In this document: positions 13,081 to 26,609 of the stretch, piece after piece
Layout: every line of letters starts with the position of its first letter
Numbering within the stretch: position 1 is the first letter of the stretch
NCBI RefSeq assembly: GCF_023055435.1
Contig: NW_025964013.1
Span: forward strand, 2,976,001 to 3,040,000
Reading direction: 5' to 3'
Source: Haliotis rufescens
Taxonomy: Eukaryota
Length of the DNA: 64,000 bases
Translations under genes and position numbers: made by a program
The notes under the pieces: generated by a model
The model's database searches: none
What the model was told of the DNA's origin: nothing
The model's input: the letters and a program-made list of their open reading frames with translations, nothing else

Positions 13081-13320
13081 TTCTTACCCACCTTCCCTTC
13101 CTGTATTAACCCGCCCGCAAACAAACATCAAAAGGTTGGCTCCTACTTGATATGCAACTTCTTTTTAATCGAAACACAGAGAGTGAATATAATTGGAACG
13201 TCGTGACAGAGAATACCCTGGCATTCAAAATATGTAGGGGCGCAGCCTGAAAAGAAGGCTTATAAGAAATCACATTTAGTAACACTTCTTCATTTCTCGC
13301 TGCTTCTACTACGATTCACC

Positions 13321-16300
13321 ATGCTGAAGATTGTGCTGATTGCCTGCGTTGTGTATCTGGCCCAGGTAAGTAGCCTACACATGTTATTTCCTATACATTT
13401 CATTGGGGCAGTGCTGACTGAAGCTTTAAACACCATTCATTCACTCTAATCTGCAAACGTAAGAATATTTCTGGATCACTTACGATCGGGAACTTTGACT
13501 TACATCCAGCTGTCACGGCGGTTGGAAGTCACAGTGATGGTGTACGGTGTTTCGTCTCTTTACTTGATGTATTTCCATGTGGATCATGCAGCATAGTTCT
13601 TAGAGGTTACTCTTCCATTTAATTCAGTTTATTCAACTACATATAGGGCAGGGGTGAACCAGCCTTAGGCGCCGCAATTCGCTGTGCACTGTTGCGTCCC
13701 TTGGGCTCGCCAGAAACATATGAATATGGGTTCGAATCCCGATTATGTTTCATGGTGTGTAAGCACCGTACTCGTACTCGTTGTCTCACCAAAGTGGTTA
13801 ATGTCTGAGACTTTCGGGGCTTTCCTCCCACATTAAGCTGACACGCTGTGATAAAAAAATGGAACACTGTTAAAAGTGGCGTTAATCCCTACTCACTCAC
13901 TCACTTCAACACATTTGAATAGTGAAGCATCCTTTCATTTTCTATAATAAATGTGACGCATTATATTTTCAGGCCCAGACAACAGATGCACCCAAAGCAA
14001 CTCACCATCCTCACGCCACGCACATCGCCCATCACCCCCACGCGGTCCACACCCACGCGGTCCACACCCACGCCACACCTCCTCCACATGGAGCACTTTT
14101 ATTCTCCTACGACAAGAACATTGTACGTAGTTCATATTAATACATTGCAAGTTTGTGTTGCAACGAGTTCCTGTTATGACCATGCTGTGATATTGGCTTT
14201 TACAGACAGTATATGTAACATGAATACACAGATATCTTAACCTCATAGGAAACGTCACGTCACGTGATTGCGGAAACACTATTAAAACCTTAAAGTACGT
14301 TTATACATGATTTATCAATCATATAGATCTATTGATATTTAATAATGCTACTTCATATTAATATTATATCTCATGAATACGACAAAATACACGTTTATAA
14401 TAGTCCATACATTACTTATTGGTAATAATATGATATAATGTAAGTCATACATTATGCGACAAGAATCTTAGCGAAATTATGGCCTCGATTATTGTCGTGT
14501 AAAGGGGACAATATCGCTGACATCGTCTCATTGCCCGCTCGTATTACGCAGGGTGAAATGGTGATGATCTCCAAGACTCACTGCTACCTGTGGGCACTGT
14601 CCGACGCCCAGAGGATGGACATTCACGACCCTGCTAAGATAGAGACACTTGAGGTAATATATACACAGTAAAAAAAGTGTTGCACCCCCACATTAATACG
14701 TTTGATACATCACAACATTTAAAACGCCCGACTCTGGTTTTAATGGTAGGTATTCCTTCGGGATCTGATGTTAAATGTGTAATGTTTTCGGAGGGAAGAT
14801 GATCACCAAAACGTAGCAATCAGCACGTGAATTGCATGGTGCATGACATTTGCAGATTGCAGTATCTTCTTAAGCTCAACATCGCCTATAAAAGATGTTC
14901 TCTGACAGCCCAGTTTATTGTAACCCACAATGCCGGGTAGACGATTGTCAGAAGCAGTCAAGTGGCAGATTATTGGCCTTCATGGAGCAGGTCTTTCGTT
15001 CAAGGAGATTGGCAGAAGAACCGGACATCACTACTCAACAATAAGCCGTTTGGTCAGAAAACACACACAAACTAATGATGTAAGGAATCGCAGACCCTCT
15101 GGCAGACCACGTAAGACCACAGTTAGAGATGACAGAGCGTTGTTGAGGGTGGTAAGGCGTCATCCATTTGCTACAAGCACAACCTTGAAACGTCTTTGGC
15201 TTCCTCGTCAACAGTTCAGTACCCAGACCGTGAGAAATCGTCTGAAAGCTGCAGGGTTGAAGTCCAGAAGGGTTATCAAGCTACCTACTCTCACAGACAA
15301 CCACAAACGACTACGTCTAGCCTGGTGTAGACTGAGACAGAACTGGAACTTGAGGTCCTGGAGAAGAGTCCACTGGTCGGACGAAAGCAGGTTCCTTCTG
15401 CATGTTGTGGATGGCAGAGTGAGAGTATGGAGGCGTCCTGGAACAGCTTATACTGCAAGAAACATCATGCCAACTGTACCATATGGAGGTGGATCTGTTA
15501 TGGTCTGGGGATGCTTCTCATTTGATTGTAAGCTTGATTTAGTGACCATACGAGGCAACTTGACAGGGGAGCGCTACATCCAAGAGGTGCTGAATCCAGT
15601 TGTGGTGCCCCATTTTGACAATCATCCACTGGCCACCAGACCGATATTCATGGATGACAATGCCAGACCACATCGTTCACGAGCTGTGACCCAGGTTATC
15701 CACAACAATGCTCTGACGCAGATTCCATGGCCAGCAATGAGTCCAGATCTGAATCCTCTGGAACATGTATGGGACATTTTGGGACGCCTGATTTATCGTC
15801 GGGACCCTCCTCCACAGAACTTGCGTGAATTGGAAGCAGCATTACACAAGGAGTGGCAGCAGCTGCCCATGGAGCGATTCCAACGTCTGGTGAGGAGTAT
15901 GAGACGAAGACTTCAAGCTGTGATCCAAGTGCTTGGTGGAAGTTCTCGATATTGACTTACTGTGTTCGTCAAATCTCCATATGACATTCTTACCCTATTG
16001 GATGAATTTGGTCACTTAAAATTATTGAGATGTCACCATACTTAATGCGTCTTCGTTGTTCGTTCATTTTTCGTAAAAGTTCAGCATGAGATTATTACAT
16101 GCCATAAGGTCATGGAATACCCCATTTAAGTTCATTGTATAGACAATACACTGGTTTGTTGGTATACACGAAATCCTGGTTATAATATTAATTCGGTTAT
16201 CTTTACACCCTTTCAAAACACCCCTCCATGAAAAAGTATAGGGGGTGCAACACTTTTTTTACTGTGTATATAGTTGGCGTTGCCTGTGGAGGTGACCGGC

Positions 16301-18541
16301 GCTTGACATAGACATAAGCAGATATTACGGTGATATAAACTTACGGACAAAAGAAAAGCCACCAAACAATTTTCTGGTCTAAAACAAAACATACGAGACA
16401 TTTAGTAACAGTTGATGTTTTACTATAAATAACAGTTATTCAAAAACGGTATTTGAAAATGACAACATCAAAAACCATGTACTTAAAGTTCTGCAGACAC
16501 GTTTTCATGTTGGGTGCACTGTCCAGTATTCGATCTCTTTTAATGTCCCGTGCTACACACATGGCTCAGTATCGGATGTGACCCCTTCCAGCACCGATGC
16601 AGGCCACAACACGACGTTGAACTGAGTACACAAGTGTCGTGGTATCCCACGCCATTCTTCCTGCAGGGTGATTGCCAAGGCATCCCTCGTCAATGGCGGC
16701 TGTTGACGTTTGCGAATCCTGCGTCCAAGTTGGTCCCAGAGGTGCTCTGTGGGCGACAGGACCGGTCATCTGGCTGGCCACTGTAAAACGGTCACGTTGT
16801 TGGCGTCCAGAAAGTCGCTTGTGATTCGAGCTCTGGAGGGGTGGCGTTGTCCTGCTGAAACAGCGTCCGTGGGTGTCCTTGCAGGAAAGGCAGTACCACA
16901 GGCCGCAAAACCTCATCAATGTAACGACGTGCAGTGAGATTTCTGTCTATGATGTCCAGATCTGTCTTCTGGTTCCCGCAGATGCCACCTCAGACCATGA
17001 CACTACCACCTCCATAAGGCTCCACTTCTTGGCAACACGTCACCACGTCATCAGTAGATTCAAACTCGCCCATTAGGCTTGAAGAGCTGGCACCTACCCT
17101 CGTCTCTGAAGAGCACTCTTCGCGAATTTCCCTGCCGCCACTGCTGTACAGTCCTGGCACAACTCAGTCTGTAAAAGTCGGTGTAGAAACGTTAACGTCA
17201 TCTCTTGAAAGGTCGATAGTCATGGAGGCCATCCAGGCGGAGTCTTCTAGCAATGGTCCTTCTGCTGACTGGATGCCAAAGGCTGTTTGCGGTTGTTGAC
17301 GTCACCGTTAAGAATTCTGGACTTATGTGAGGCACCCGTAAATACCGGTCTTCCTGTGAGGTCGTGACCTTGGGTCTTCGACTCCTCGGCCTGTCTGTGG
17401 TTCTGGCAGTGTGCCTGTGACGTGTGACTAGTATGGCGATGGTGCACTAGAAGCAGCCCTGACCCTGGCAACGCGCTCCTGCGTCGCTCCCATTTGCGAC
17501 ATACCGATGGCTCTCGCCCTCTGCTCTGCGGTTAGTCGAGGCATGTCCGTTGTTTTGAACGCTTTCATGTGATGGGAGAGTACAATCATGCTCATGTGTT
17601 ATACCAGAATTTCACACGGGTAACTTTGTGCACAGTTTGCATTTTTGAGTGATTAAATTCCCTTTTTCGCAAATCACGTGAAGCACGTGCACATGTTCAC
17701 AGGGAAAAGGTAAATTGCATTCCAACCATGTGGTCCCAACTGTTTTCGTGCTGTTAGGCAAATTTGTTGAAAACTGACGACCATTATTTATTTAGTGGCG
17801 TTTCTGTCGCCCCTCAGTTTGGTATGTTTGCTGCAGTGACTCTCGGTAATGAGTGTTGTGGTCCTTCGACTTCCATGTTGCGTTTATTCATTCATTTTAT
17901 GACATTAACTTGTCTTAAGAGTTTCGAGTTTAAAGTGAGAAAGAAAAATTAGACTTGAACAAGTTTCAGGGAGGCAAAATACACTAATCGTGCACTCCGG
18001 TGGAAATTCGTGAAATAATTCTTGATTGCAAAGTCAGTGATGAGGCTTGCTATACGTTGTATCACTTAATTTAACCTGGCCTTTATAATACTACTCTGAT
18101 TTTACATAAATAGAACACAAGGCATGATAAATGGCCAACATTACATCTATCTAGTAGAACGATCGGAAATAATGACATGCACACAGTCAATCTAAGAAGA
18201 TGCAAAAGACAGCGTAATACGTCTATAAAAACTATAAACATACAACACTCATGTCATTGTATCAGAATAGTGTAGATTGCTGCTCATGATGCCATTCACT
18301 GAATTGTCTAGTCCGTACTTGATTATTTATAGAAACTAAAGGTATGTAGTCATTTCAAACGGTCGGCCTTTCTACTAAGTGATGTATTGGATAATTGCTA
18401 ATTTCATTGCCTTTTCAGTTTCAACTTGCTGCCCTCGCCCCCGACACCACGAAGCAGACAGTTCTGACAGGAACCCAAAGCCCGGACCATTGGGTCACAC
18501 GACATTGTCATAACAGGATCATGGTGCAGGTTGCAGCCTAA
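13321..18541 (+). CDS. Gene B: paralog of A, 139 aa; join(13321..13365,13973..14122,14552..14653,18419..18541)
   Basis: Exon 1 identical to A; exon 2 AQTTDAPKATHHPHATHIAHHPHAVHTHAVHTHATPPPHGALLFSYDKNI; exon 3 GEMVMISKTHCYLWALSDAQRMDIHDPAKIETLE; exon 4 FQLAALAPDTTKQ...HCHNRIMVQVAA*; canonical splice sites; intron 3 holds two Tc1 elements. Confidence 0.9.
14664..16266 (+). mobile_element. Intact Tc1 DNA transposon (1603 bp)
   Basis: Perfect 26-bp TIRs cacagtaaaaaaagtgttgcaccccc (14664-14689, 16241-16266), TA on both sides, absent from gene A intron 3. Confidence 0.97.
14930..15955 (+). CDS. Tc1-family transposase, 341 aa, DD34E
   Basis: N-terminal HTH with GRPR linker; WSDES, DDNARPH, WPAMSPDLNPLEHVW; 34 residues between the second catalytic D and E. 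Confidence 0.96.
   Translation: MPGRRLSEAVKWQIIGLHGAGLSFKEIGRRTGHHYSTISRLVRKHTQTNDVRNRRPSGRPRKTTVRDDRALLRVVRRHPFATSTTLKRLWLPRQQFSTQTVRNRLKAAGLKSRRVIKLPTLTDNHKRLRLAWCRLRQNWNLRSWRRVHWSDESRFLLHVVDGRVRVWRRPGTAYTARNIMPTVPYGGGSVMVWGCFSFDCKLDLVTIRGNLTGERYIQEVLNPVVVPHFDNHPLATRPIFMDDNARPHRSRAVTQVIHNNALTQIPWPAMSPDLNPLEHVWDILGRLIYRRDPPPQNLRELEAALHKEWQQLPMERFQRLVRSMRRRLQAVIQVLGGSSRY
16336..17821 (-). mobile_element. Decayed Tc1 element with frameshifted transposase (ATG at 17544)
   Basis: MPRLTAEQRARAIGM start, FQQDNA and WDQLG remnants; degenerate TIRs matching 23/31; absent from gene A. Confidence 0.85.
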
Positions 18542-19199
18542 TGCATCACATATATATTCCATGTATTGTCACTCATCAATAAAAGAAGTTCTTCATCAGC
18601 TTTCAATGGTTACATACTTTACCATGAGGTTAGTTAAGTCCCTTGAACTGTCATGGTCGACATTCGTCATGTAAACGTCCTACTTGTTGTGATACAAATG
18701 ATATATTGGAACTATTTTCGTACTATTTGTCCAACGTTTGACTTCAAACATGGTATCGAGGATGTCATTTCTCGTTTCAACTTTTGTCTGATTACAATCT
18801 CAAAGGTGTCGTCAAACGCCTATCTCTGTCACACATGAAAAGACAAAACGGAAGCGACAAATACTAAAATCCTAGGCGCCGCAGTTAGTTGTGCAGAGTT
18901 GAGTTGAGGTGAAATGGAGTTTAATGTCGCGTCCAAGATAATTGCACTTATATAGAGACGTTCATACACGTGTGTGTGTGTGTGTGTGTATGTCTGTCTG
19001 ACTGTCTGTCTGTGTGTCTGTGTGTGTGTGTGTGTGGCTGCTTGTACTAGTCCGGGCTGATGTCGATTTTTTAGTCCTAGCCCAGTGAGATACCATGCCG
19101 CAGTTTAACATGAATACCCCACTCAGACACAGTATACTGACTCCGAGCCGAGCAGTCCTTGTTTTAGCCCCTTAATGCCGAGCTCCAGAGTTGGAAACT

Positions 19200-19740
19200 A
19201 TTCAAAGAAACCTGATGGGCTTCAATTGTGAATTTTTCGTTTTCCTTCTCTTGCTTAAAGGTGTCCATCTTGTTTCAAAGAACTGATGGATTCAATACTG
19301 GAGTACTATGAAAAATGGGTGTTGTAAAGAGAACGTTCTCTTGTGACTAAATATAAGCCATGTGTTGGCCCAATTATTGAGAATAATAAGATCTTTATTT
19401 ACTACTTTTCTCAATGACGTTGATAATAACCGTATGAGTTTTGAAACTTGTCTGTTATTTCACTCTTATATATTTTTAAAAGAGAAACGGTCTCAGTACA
19501 GAACCTTGTGTAAACGTATCTTTCATTTGCTGAAAAGCTTCCGTTAACTAATATTTCTATTCGGCGATTTTTATAATAACTTTTAAACCACAGAAGTAAA
19601 CTTTCGTAAAAAACATACTGTTTAAGTTTACAAATGATACCAATAAGCCACACTCGGTCAGCATAAAGTTCGACTTGTATTATTTCCGCTGTAAGTTACG
19701 CTGAAGAAAATAATTGTGCAATGTCATTTGTATAAAACGT
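19200..19740. mobile_element. LINE RT remnants
   Basis: IGIICKLKQY..LLLWFKSYYKNRR..LVNGSFS pattern typical of CR1/L2-type RT. Confidence 0.55.
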
Positions 19741-21174
19741 TCGAATAATGTCAAGATAAGAGATCAATTAAATTGACTTATCCACTTTCTTAAATAACGG
19801 CTTTACATTGCAAAGGAAAATCGTGTTTCCATAAAGATAAATAAAACAGTAAACATAAAGGTTGAAAAGACAGTGGACGAGATATAAGTCTGTGACGTAT
19901 TTTGTCTGGCCAATTTGCGTCATTGGTTGGTAAATATTTTATAATGAAAAATGTTTATTTGCCATTAAAATATACAACTAAAACTGTAAATGACATCTAC
20001 TCGTTGAGACTGGTAATGTAGTATACTTCTCAACATCATTTGAAATTGAAACATAGTGATTACAAAGTGCTTCTCCTTCCTGAACATCAGTTATAATTTT
20101 AAAACAGTGGGGTCGCCGGTTTTCATCAGTGACGAGGAGAGCGATATTATCATTCAATCCCGATACCTTTACAAAAAAAAAGTAGCTGGGATTTCTTTTT
20201 TCCATGTGTGACATACGAAGCAAGTCTAAATTGGCGAAAATTGTCTTTCTTTTGTTTTCAGATTATTCACCCTCTTTGTTTGTGTTACATGGTGTCACGC
20301 ATATCACACAGGATGTGCATTTTAATGTCTAATTCTGATTTCCCGACGGAGCTCGTTGTGGAACCCCGGCTTGACACTTGGCCTAATTGTGACTGCACGT
20401 GACTGCAAATAGGTGCGACGTACTACTGGTCAGTTTTGCCCTATATGTTTTTCATGTCGTGTCTGTTTTTTCACAAGATTTTAACAACGGTGGTCAATGC
20501 ATTGTTTTAGTGACACTTAGAGTATTAACACGATTATGGCGGACCTGTTGGTATCACGTGTTCTACAAGTGTCAGTAACTTATCAATGTGCAGATTACAC
20601 GATTTCTCATTTAGAGGCCAGTCACATGCCCGCACAACTGACGTTGAACATATCGTTGCAACAAGCAGCTTATCCTACAGTAGGGGTCTTCAAATGCGAA
20701 TATCGCCAGCAACATTCGTAATTTTTTAGCTTTTTCAACAAAATTTGATCACTTTAAGTGAGTAGTGTAACCTATCAAAACCGCAGCAAATTCACCGCCC
20801 CGAATAAACTGCGCCAATTTATCATAAATTAAAATGATTATCGGTCTCATCAGGGCTTCCTGCACTCAGAATACCGCACTGAAAATGTTCCAATTTTTCA
20901 TGTAATTGCGGAGACCTCTTTTTCGGATTAACTTTTCACACATGTCATTCATACTTTCATTAAGCTGTTATAATCAATACCTTGCCGTATATTATGTCCG
21001 ATAAAATACACGTAAACAACTTGTTAATACAATTTCATAGTTTTATCATTAAATGGTAGCGCCGTAGGCACACCTCGTGTTTAGATAAGTGACACACGAC
21101 CACCTGTCGTACTTTGTCCTGAATATACATCGTCACCCATGCTGGCATTACTTTTTGTGAACACAGAACACACC

Positions 21175-22872
21175 ATGCTGAACTTCCTGCTCCTACTTTC
21201 TGTGACTGCCTTTGTAAGGGTACGATGACGTTGACATGAAATAACGTTTGTATCCAATCACCGGGTGTATTCCCCCGCAATCTTCAAATTCAATACTCCA
21301 CTCAATAATACAGATTACACTGGTTTAGGCCAGAGGTTGAAGGCCACTGCATGTGTTCCGAATCTCTACATGAGTTCAAAAAAGTGCGACGCCTAATTAT
21401 TTTCGACGTTCCTAACCTGGGCCTTTTTTACTTCAAACAAAGTTGCTTTGTCCTTTGGTCAAAAGCCAAAATGTTATTCAAAGTGCGACAATGCAACAAA
21501 TGGTCAAAATGTGGCGTTTTATTTCATTCACAATAATAAGGTATTTTCACTTTGATGTCGGTGTACATGTCACCATCGTGCTCATGACGCTTTGTCACGT
21601 TGTGGTATCAGATTTCACAGTATATATGAAAGGAATGTCGTTCGCTGGGCATGGACTAAATACAGCAGTGTCTACGACTACTATTAACACATCAGTTTCT
21701 TCCAACCAGGAGAACTCGGTCGGGAAGCCAACTGGATGAAGAAACTTCAGATGTAATGTTGTATTCAGACAATAGGCGAACATTGAGAACAACAGCTCGT
21801 CCTTCAGTTTACCGTTGTACTATGTTTGTTTGTTTGTTGTTAAACGCCACACTCAGCAATATTCCAGCGAGATGACGGCGGTCTGTATATAATCGAGTCT
21901 GGACGAGATAATCTAGTGATTGACATCATGAGCATCGTTCCGCGAAATTTGGATACGATGACATGCATCAGCCAAGTTGGCGAGCCTGACCACTCGATCC
22001 CATTAGTCGCCTATTACAACGAGCCTAGTCGCCTTTTGCGGCAAGCATAGGTTGCTATTCTAACGGATATACCGTTGTATCAAGTATTATCTTCAGATAA
22101 CGGTTTTTGTTTACGAAAGTCAGGAAGGTACGTGCAGGTCAATATGAGTGCCAAGATGACAGCTTGATAAGGACATAAATTTGATCTGAACAGTTTGAAC
22201 TTACAATATGATCTCTGCTCAACTTCGATACCATGTTTATTCATAATATGTCCCTTCCATTTATATATTTGAATCAATTCGGATTGTAATTAAATAAAAT
22301 TTAGGTTTCACATGTAAGTTACGATTGAAGCCTCACTAAAGTTTGAATTCAAGACACTTACCTTACTGCGGGACATCTTTGTATCCTTTACGCACCGATA
22401 TAAACTGTAACCATCACCTTGACCATAAAATAAACCACCGAGCGAGCACTGTTGCCATAGGGATGCTATATTACCTTTGTAATCAGTAAACAGAAAAAAT
22501 ACCTTCTTTACGTTATTTCAAAACTTGTAAAACTACAAATGAAAGTTTTAGGATGGCTCTCACATCTAGGCCAACCGTTTACATTATTTCAGAAACACAT
22601 GTACACTCTGCATACCTACTTGTCGAAACAGGGCACCTTCCATCGGATGCTTCATCAGAATGTTCAACCGCTGTCGCTGATGTTCAACGCTTTTGTTCAT
22701 TTCTTCTAAAATCGTTTTGTGCATCCAAGCAATCGGCGATCTAATCTACGTGGCATTACCCATGAAAATCAAAGTGTTTCCTTAGTCCTGAGGTTGATTA
22801 GTTGTTAGCATTAATACAGGCAAGAGGCAGTGTTGAGGCAAAGCCTCTGCTTAAGATAGGATTAGGGGCGCT

Positions 22873-22926
<54 letters not shown>

Positions 22927-25603
22927 AGACAGGCAGCAGATCACACAGGCAGAAATGAAACGACCACGTAACACAGGTTTGACTGGAGCTGACCATGTAG
23001 ATTTGCTTTGAATCGTACAATCGACACTGCTATTGGCAGAGATCTCTTATGAATATGGAAAGGTTTTTATAGCTGTTATTTACTGCAGTATTGACATACT
23101 GTTTATGCTCCTCACAGTCATACTCCGTTCAAGAAGAGACGATGCAGAAACCATATAACAACTGCTTACTTAGCTTATACATAAAGAGGATACTCCAGCG
23201 AAAGAGTAATATACGTCCGCTTCACATGTCTGGCAGTGTACATCACCCAAACAACTGTGCAGGTATCTCTGATTGATTCATTGTGTAAAATGTTAACATG
23301 TGTGGGAAATCAAGGACTTAAACAGAGGCATGACACTAATGAGGCTACTATCAAAACATACCAAGTGAAGAGGTTTTGATTTAGTGTTTCTTCATTGACT
23401 TTTCTTTATCATTGACTGTGTCAATGTTGCTGTGTTTGATCTCTCCAACAAATTGTAATCAGGTGTTATCTCTTCCAGTTTATTGTTTCTGTTCTCCCCA
23501 AACTCTCTGCCTCTCTGCTTGTGGTAGGACGGAGACTGGCTTGTCAAAATATGTCAAGTGCAACGTAGGATCCCGCCAAGGCTATATAATAAGACTTAGA
23601 AACTGCAACATGTTTATACATCATCTTGTAACTAGAATGGAAGAAAATGGTGGAATGGTTTATATATTTTGAATAAGTATTCCTTCTATTTGTGCGAGAA
23701 TATAGGCTGGTACTGTTTCAGCAGACTCTACAAACCAGCTCCAGGAGAAAACTAACACTACGGACGAGGTTTGTAATGCTACAGAAATTAATCTCAGTCT
23801 CATCAGGACAAGAAAGGGCGGACCACTCAGACATTGTACAAATTATGTTGGTATTTTTTTAGCGCTACTAAACGTCCCCGGACCAAATAAGAACACGAAG
23901 CACACAAGCAGGATTATCATTTAATCCATTTCAGCAGGACTGTGAACACATAGCTTGTGATGAACCGGGTGTGATTATTCCATATGACTTATTTTTTATA
24001 ATGGATATAAAATATGGGAAACTACATATTATTCTTTAGAAAACATTTATGTCTCAGCAACAATATATGGTCCTTGTAGAGTTTGGCAGAACCCCTCAGC
24101 AATATCATTTCATGTCAGAGGCAGTCTGCTACTTGTGCAGGCTCATTCACATGGAGAGTTACTACAATTACAATTCCTACACTACTTTGTGCTCAAGTCA
24201 CTGGATGATTGTGGTAACCACGGGCAACCATCATCAGGACCCTCCTCTCCCAATGTGGATTTGGTTTTGAATGGTTAAGTGAAGACATTGGTAATATAAT
24301 ATTGTTCTGTATGCTTCTCATAAGACATGGCATGGCTGTCTCTGCCTAAATGTAAATACTACAAATAACTCAAGTCCTTATTCAATTAGTAGCGGTAGTT
24401 GATATCATCACCTGAACTTCCGCTGTATTATGCAAGAATGATGTCAAGGTTTAGATGTAAGAACTTTAGAATAGTCATTGTTTGTGATAAACACTAGAAA
24501 GCCCACGTGAAGAACAACTGTGCCTGTATTGCCAAGGTATGTATGTAAACCTCATAAATAGCATGTGTTAATGGTGTGTGATAAATATATTCAATAGGGA
24601 AAAGGAAAGAGTGTTTAGGTGTATGGTATTTATATATTTTGAGTACGGGCAGGGTACTAAAGAAATAATGTCTGACCACCAGGTCCATTCATCGACCACA
24701 GCATCCACAGCATCCACGCCTTCTGCTGCGACCACCACCGCGATACCCGTCCTTGCTGTATCAACGCGTCATGTGAAGGACACTAACGAACACAACAGCT
24801 TTCACTTCTATTACGATCACACATCAGTAAGTACCCAGTAACCTTACTTTCAACTTTACACACAATTACCAATAATTAAGCACATTTTACGCAATCATAA
24901 GTACATTATGTTACGGTCTATGGGGTATGAACCTGAAACACTTTAAGGGACAATTTTTAAAATGTACAATGCTATTCATGTAGATTGTTCATTATTGTTC
25001 GGGGGCACGGGTGGCCAAGTCGTCTAAGGCGCTGCGACTCTCTGTGCAGAGTCCTTTGGGCACGCCAGAAACCTATGAATGTGGATTCGAATTCCGGTTT
25101 CTAGGTTTGTCAGCACTATACCCGTGCTCGTGGGTTTCACCGAAGTGGTAAACGTCTAAGACCTGCATCGCTTCGGGCTTTTCTCCCACATTAAGCTGAC
25201 ACGCCGTGATTTAACTGGAATACTGTTAAAAGCGGCGTTCAATCCAACTCACTCACTCACTCATTATTGTTCCTATAACGTCACGTGTGTTGTGCAGGGA
25301 AACATGCTTATGATCGGCCACTCGTCCTGCTATGTACTGGCTCTAACTGACGCGGAGAGGATAGCAGTCCACGACCCTGTAAACATAGAGACTTTGGAAG
25401 TAAGTTATTTCAGTTGTTGAATTGACTAGAACGGTGGAATAACCTAGCGATTAACGCGTAAGCCCGTCACGCCGATGATCCTGGCTCGATTTTCAATACT
25501 TACGATATGTGGAGCCCCGCCCCGATGTGAGTGACGTTGCTGGAATAGCGCTAAAACGGCGCAAAAGCCATACGCAGTCAGGCGACGTCGAGTTGCACCA
25601 CTC

Positions 25604-25642
<39 letters not shown>

Positions 25643-26484
25643 GGTTTTTTGTGATGCGCATATTTCCACACCACTCAGGGTCATGCTCAAAGCCCTATTA
25701 TCACCCCGGTCACTTGATCAGTGTGCACTCATCAATCATTCTCAGCTCCCTGGGGAGTATACAAACCAATCTGCCTGTTCGGCGCTGGAAGGTTAACAAT
25801 CACATTGTCATCTCATAATACCGGGTACCCATTCACTGCTGGTTGAACAGAGGCACATATCGAACAAAGTCACCTGCCTGAGGAGACACTACATGTGGTA
25901 CATGTGCTTCAGTGTGGGACAGGGCTAGAAACTCTCAGGAACCAAGCTGCGAGACTAGCTATAAGCAGTGGATTCCAACTCCTGTTATCATCCCTGCTTT
26001 GCCACTGTGAAAACATGACACATTAACTCATGCATTTACTTTCCATTGCAGCATGAGTGAGTGAATATGGTTTTACGCCGCTTTTAGCAATATTCCAGCA
26101 ATATCACGGCGGGGGACACCAGAAATGGGCTTCACACATTGTACCCATGTCGGGAATCGAACCCGGGTCTTCGGCGTGACGAGCGAACGCTTTAACCACT
26201 AGGCTACCCGACCGCATTGCAGCATGAGACCGGGGAAGTAACACAACTGCGTGTAATGCTAATTATTAACTCGAGTTGAAATTCTGCCAAACACATATTA
26301 TCTATATTATGCGCTTGGTCAATGTTTCAAGACTTAATAAAATGTCCTGTCTATTGTACAGTTGCAGTTGATGGCCCTGGTAGCTAATCCAGCATCACAA
26401 AGTCCAGTAGACAAGACGACCGCCCCTTCGTTTATCACCCATCACTGTCGTCACCGGAATGTCTTCAATCTGACTCGGGCATAG
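21175..26484 (+). CDS. Gene C: divergent paralog with Ser/Thr-rich arm, 137 aa; join(21175..21219,24683..24826,25298..25399,26362..26484)
   Basis: MLNFLLLLSVTAFVR / VHSSTTASTASTPSAATTTAIPVLAVSTRHVKDTNEHNSFHFYYDHTS / GNMLMIGHSSCYVLALTDAERIAVHDPVNIETLE / LQLMALVANPASQSPVDKTTAPSFITHHCRHRNVFNLTRA*; same phases, 102-nt exon 3; AATAAA 26541; exon 1 assignment is slightly less certain. Confidence 0.85.
22874..22925. repeat. (GT)n microsatellite
   Basis: Visible dinucleotide run. Confidence 0.95.
23540..24300 (+). mobile_element. Highly decayed LINE RT remnant in gene C intron 1
   Basis: CNVGSRQG...MFIHHL motif and EFGRTP-like downstream motif. Confidence 0.5.
25603..25990 (-). mobile_element. SINE remnant (Nin-domain-like) with (CTA)n tail
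   Basis: ccgggtacccattcactgctggttgaacagaggca core, (cta)n run. Confidence 0.45.
26058..26214 (-). mobile_element. Young tRNA-derived SINE family 4, (CACT)n tail
   Basis: 14-bp TSD cattgcagcatgag; A/B boxes; near-identical copies elsewhere in the window. Confidence 0.85.
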
Positions 26485-26609
26485 ATACTTTACTGTGACG
26501 TAGCTGTATTGATGGAAATTCAATTCAATTATCTCTTAATAATAAATTGATACGGATCACATATTTAAGGACTGCACGCGCCCTACGTCATTGTTATCAT
26601 ATTACAGAC

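Noticed and set aside
13321-18541. Genes A/B or D/E as assembly haplotype duplicates
   Set aside because: Introns are clearly diverged and carry different TE insertions, consistent with true paralogs
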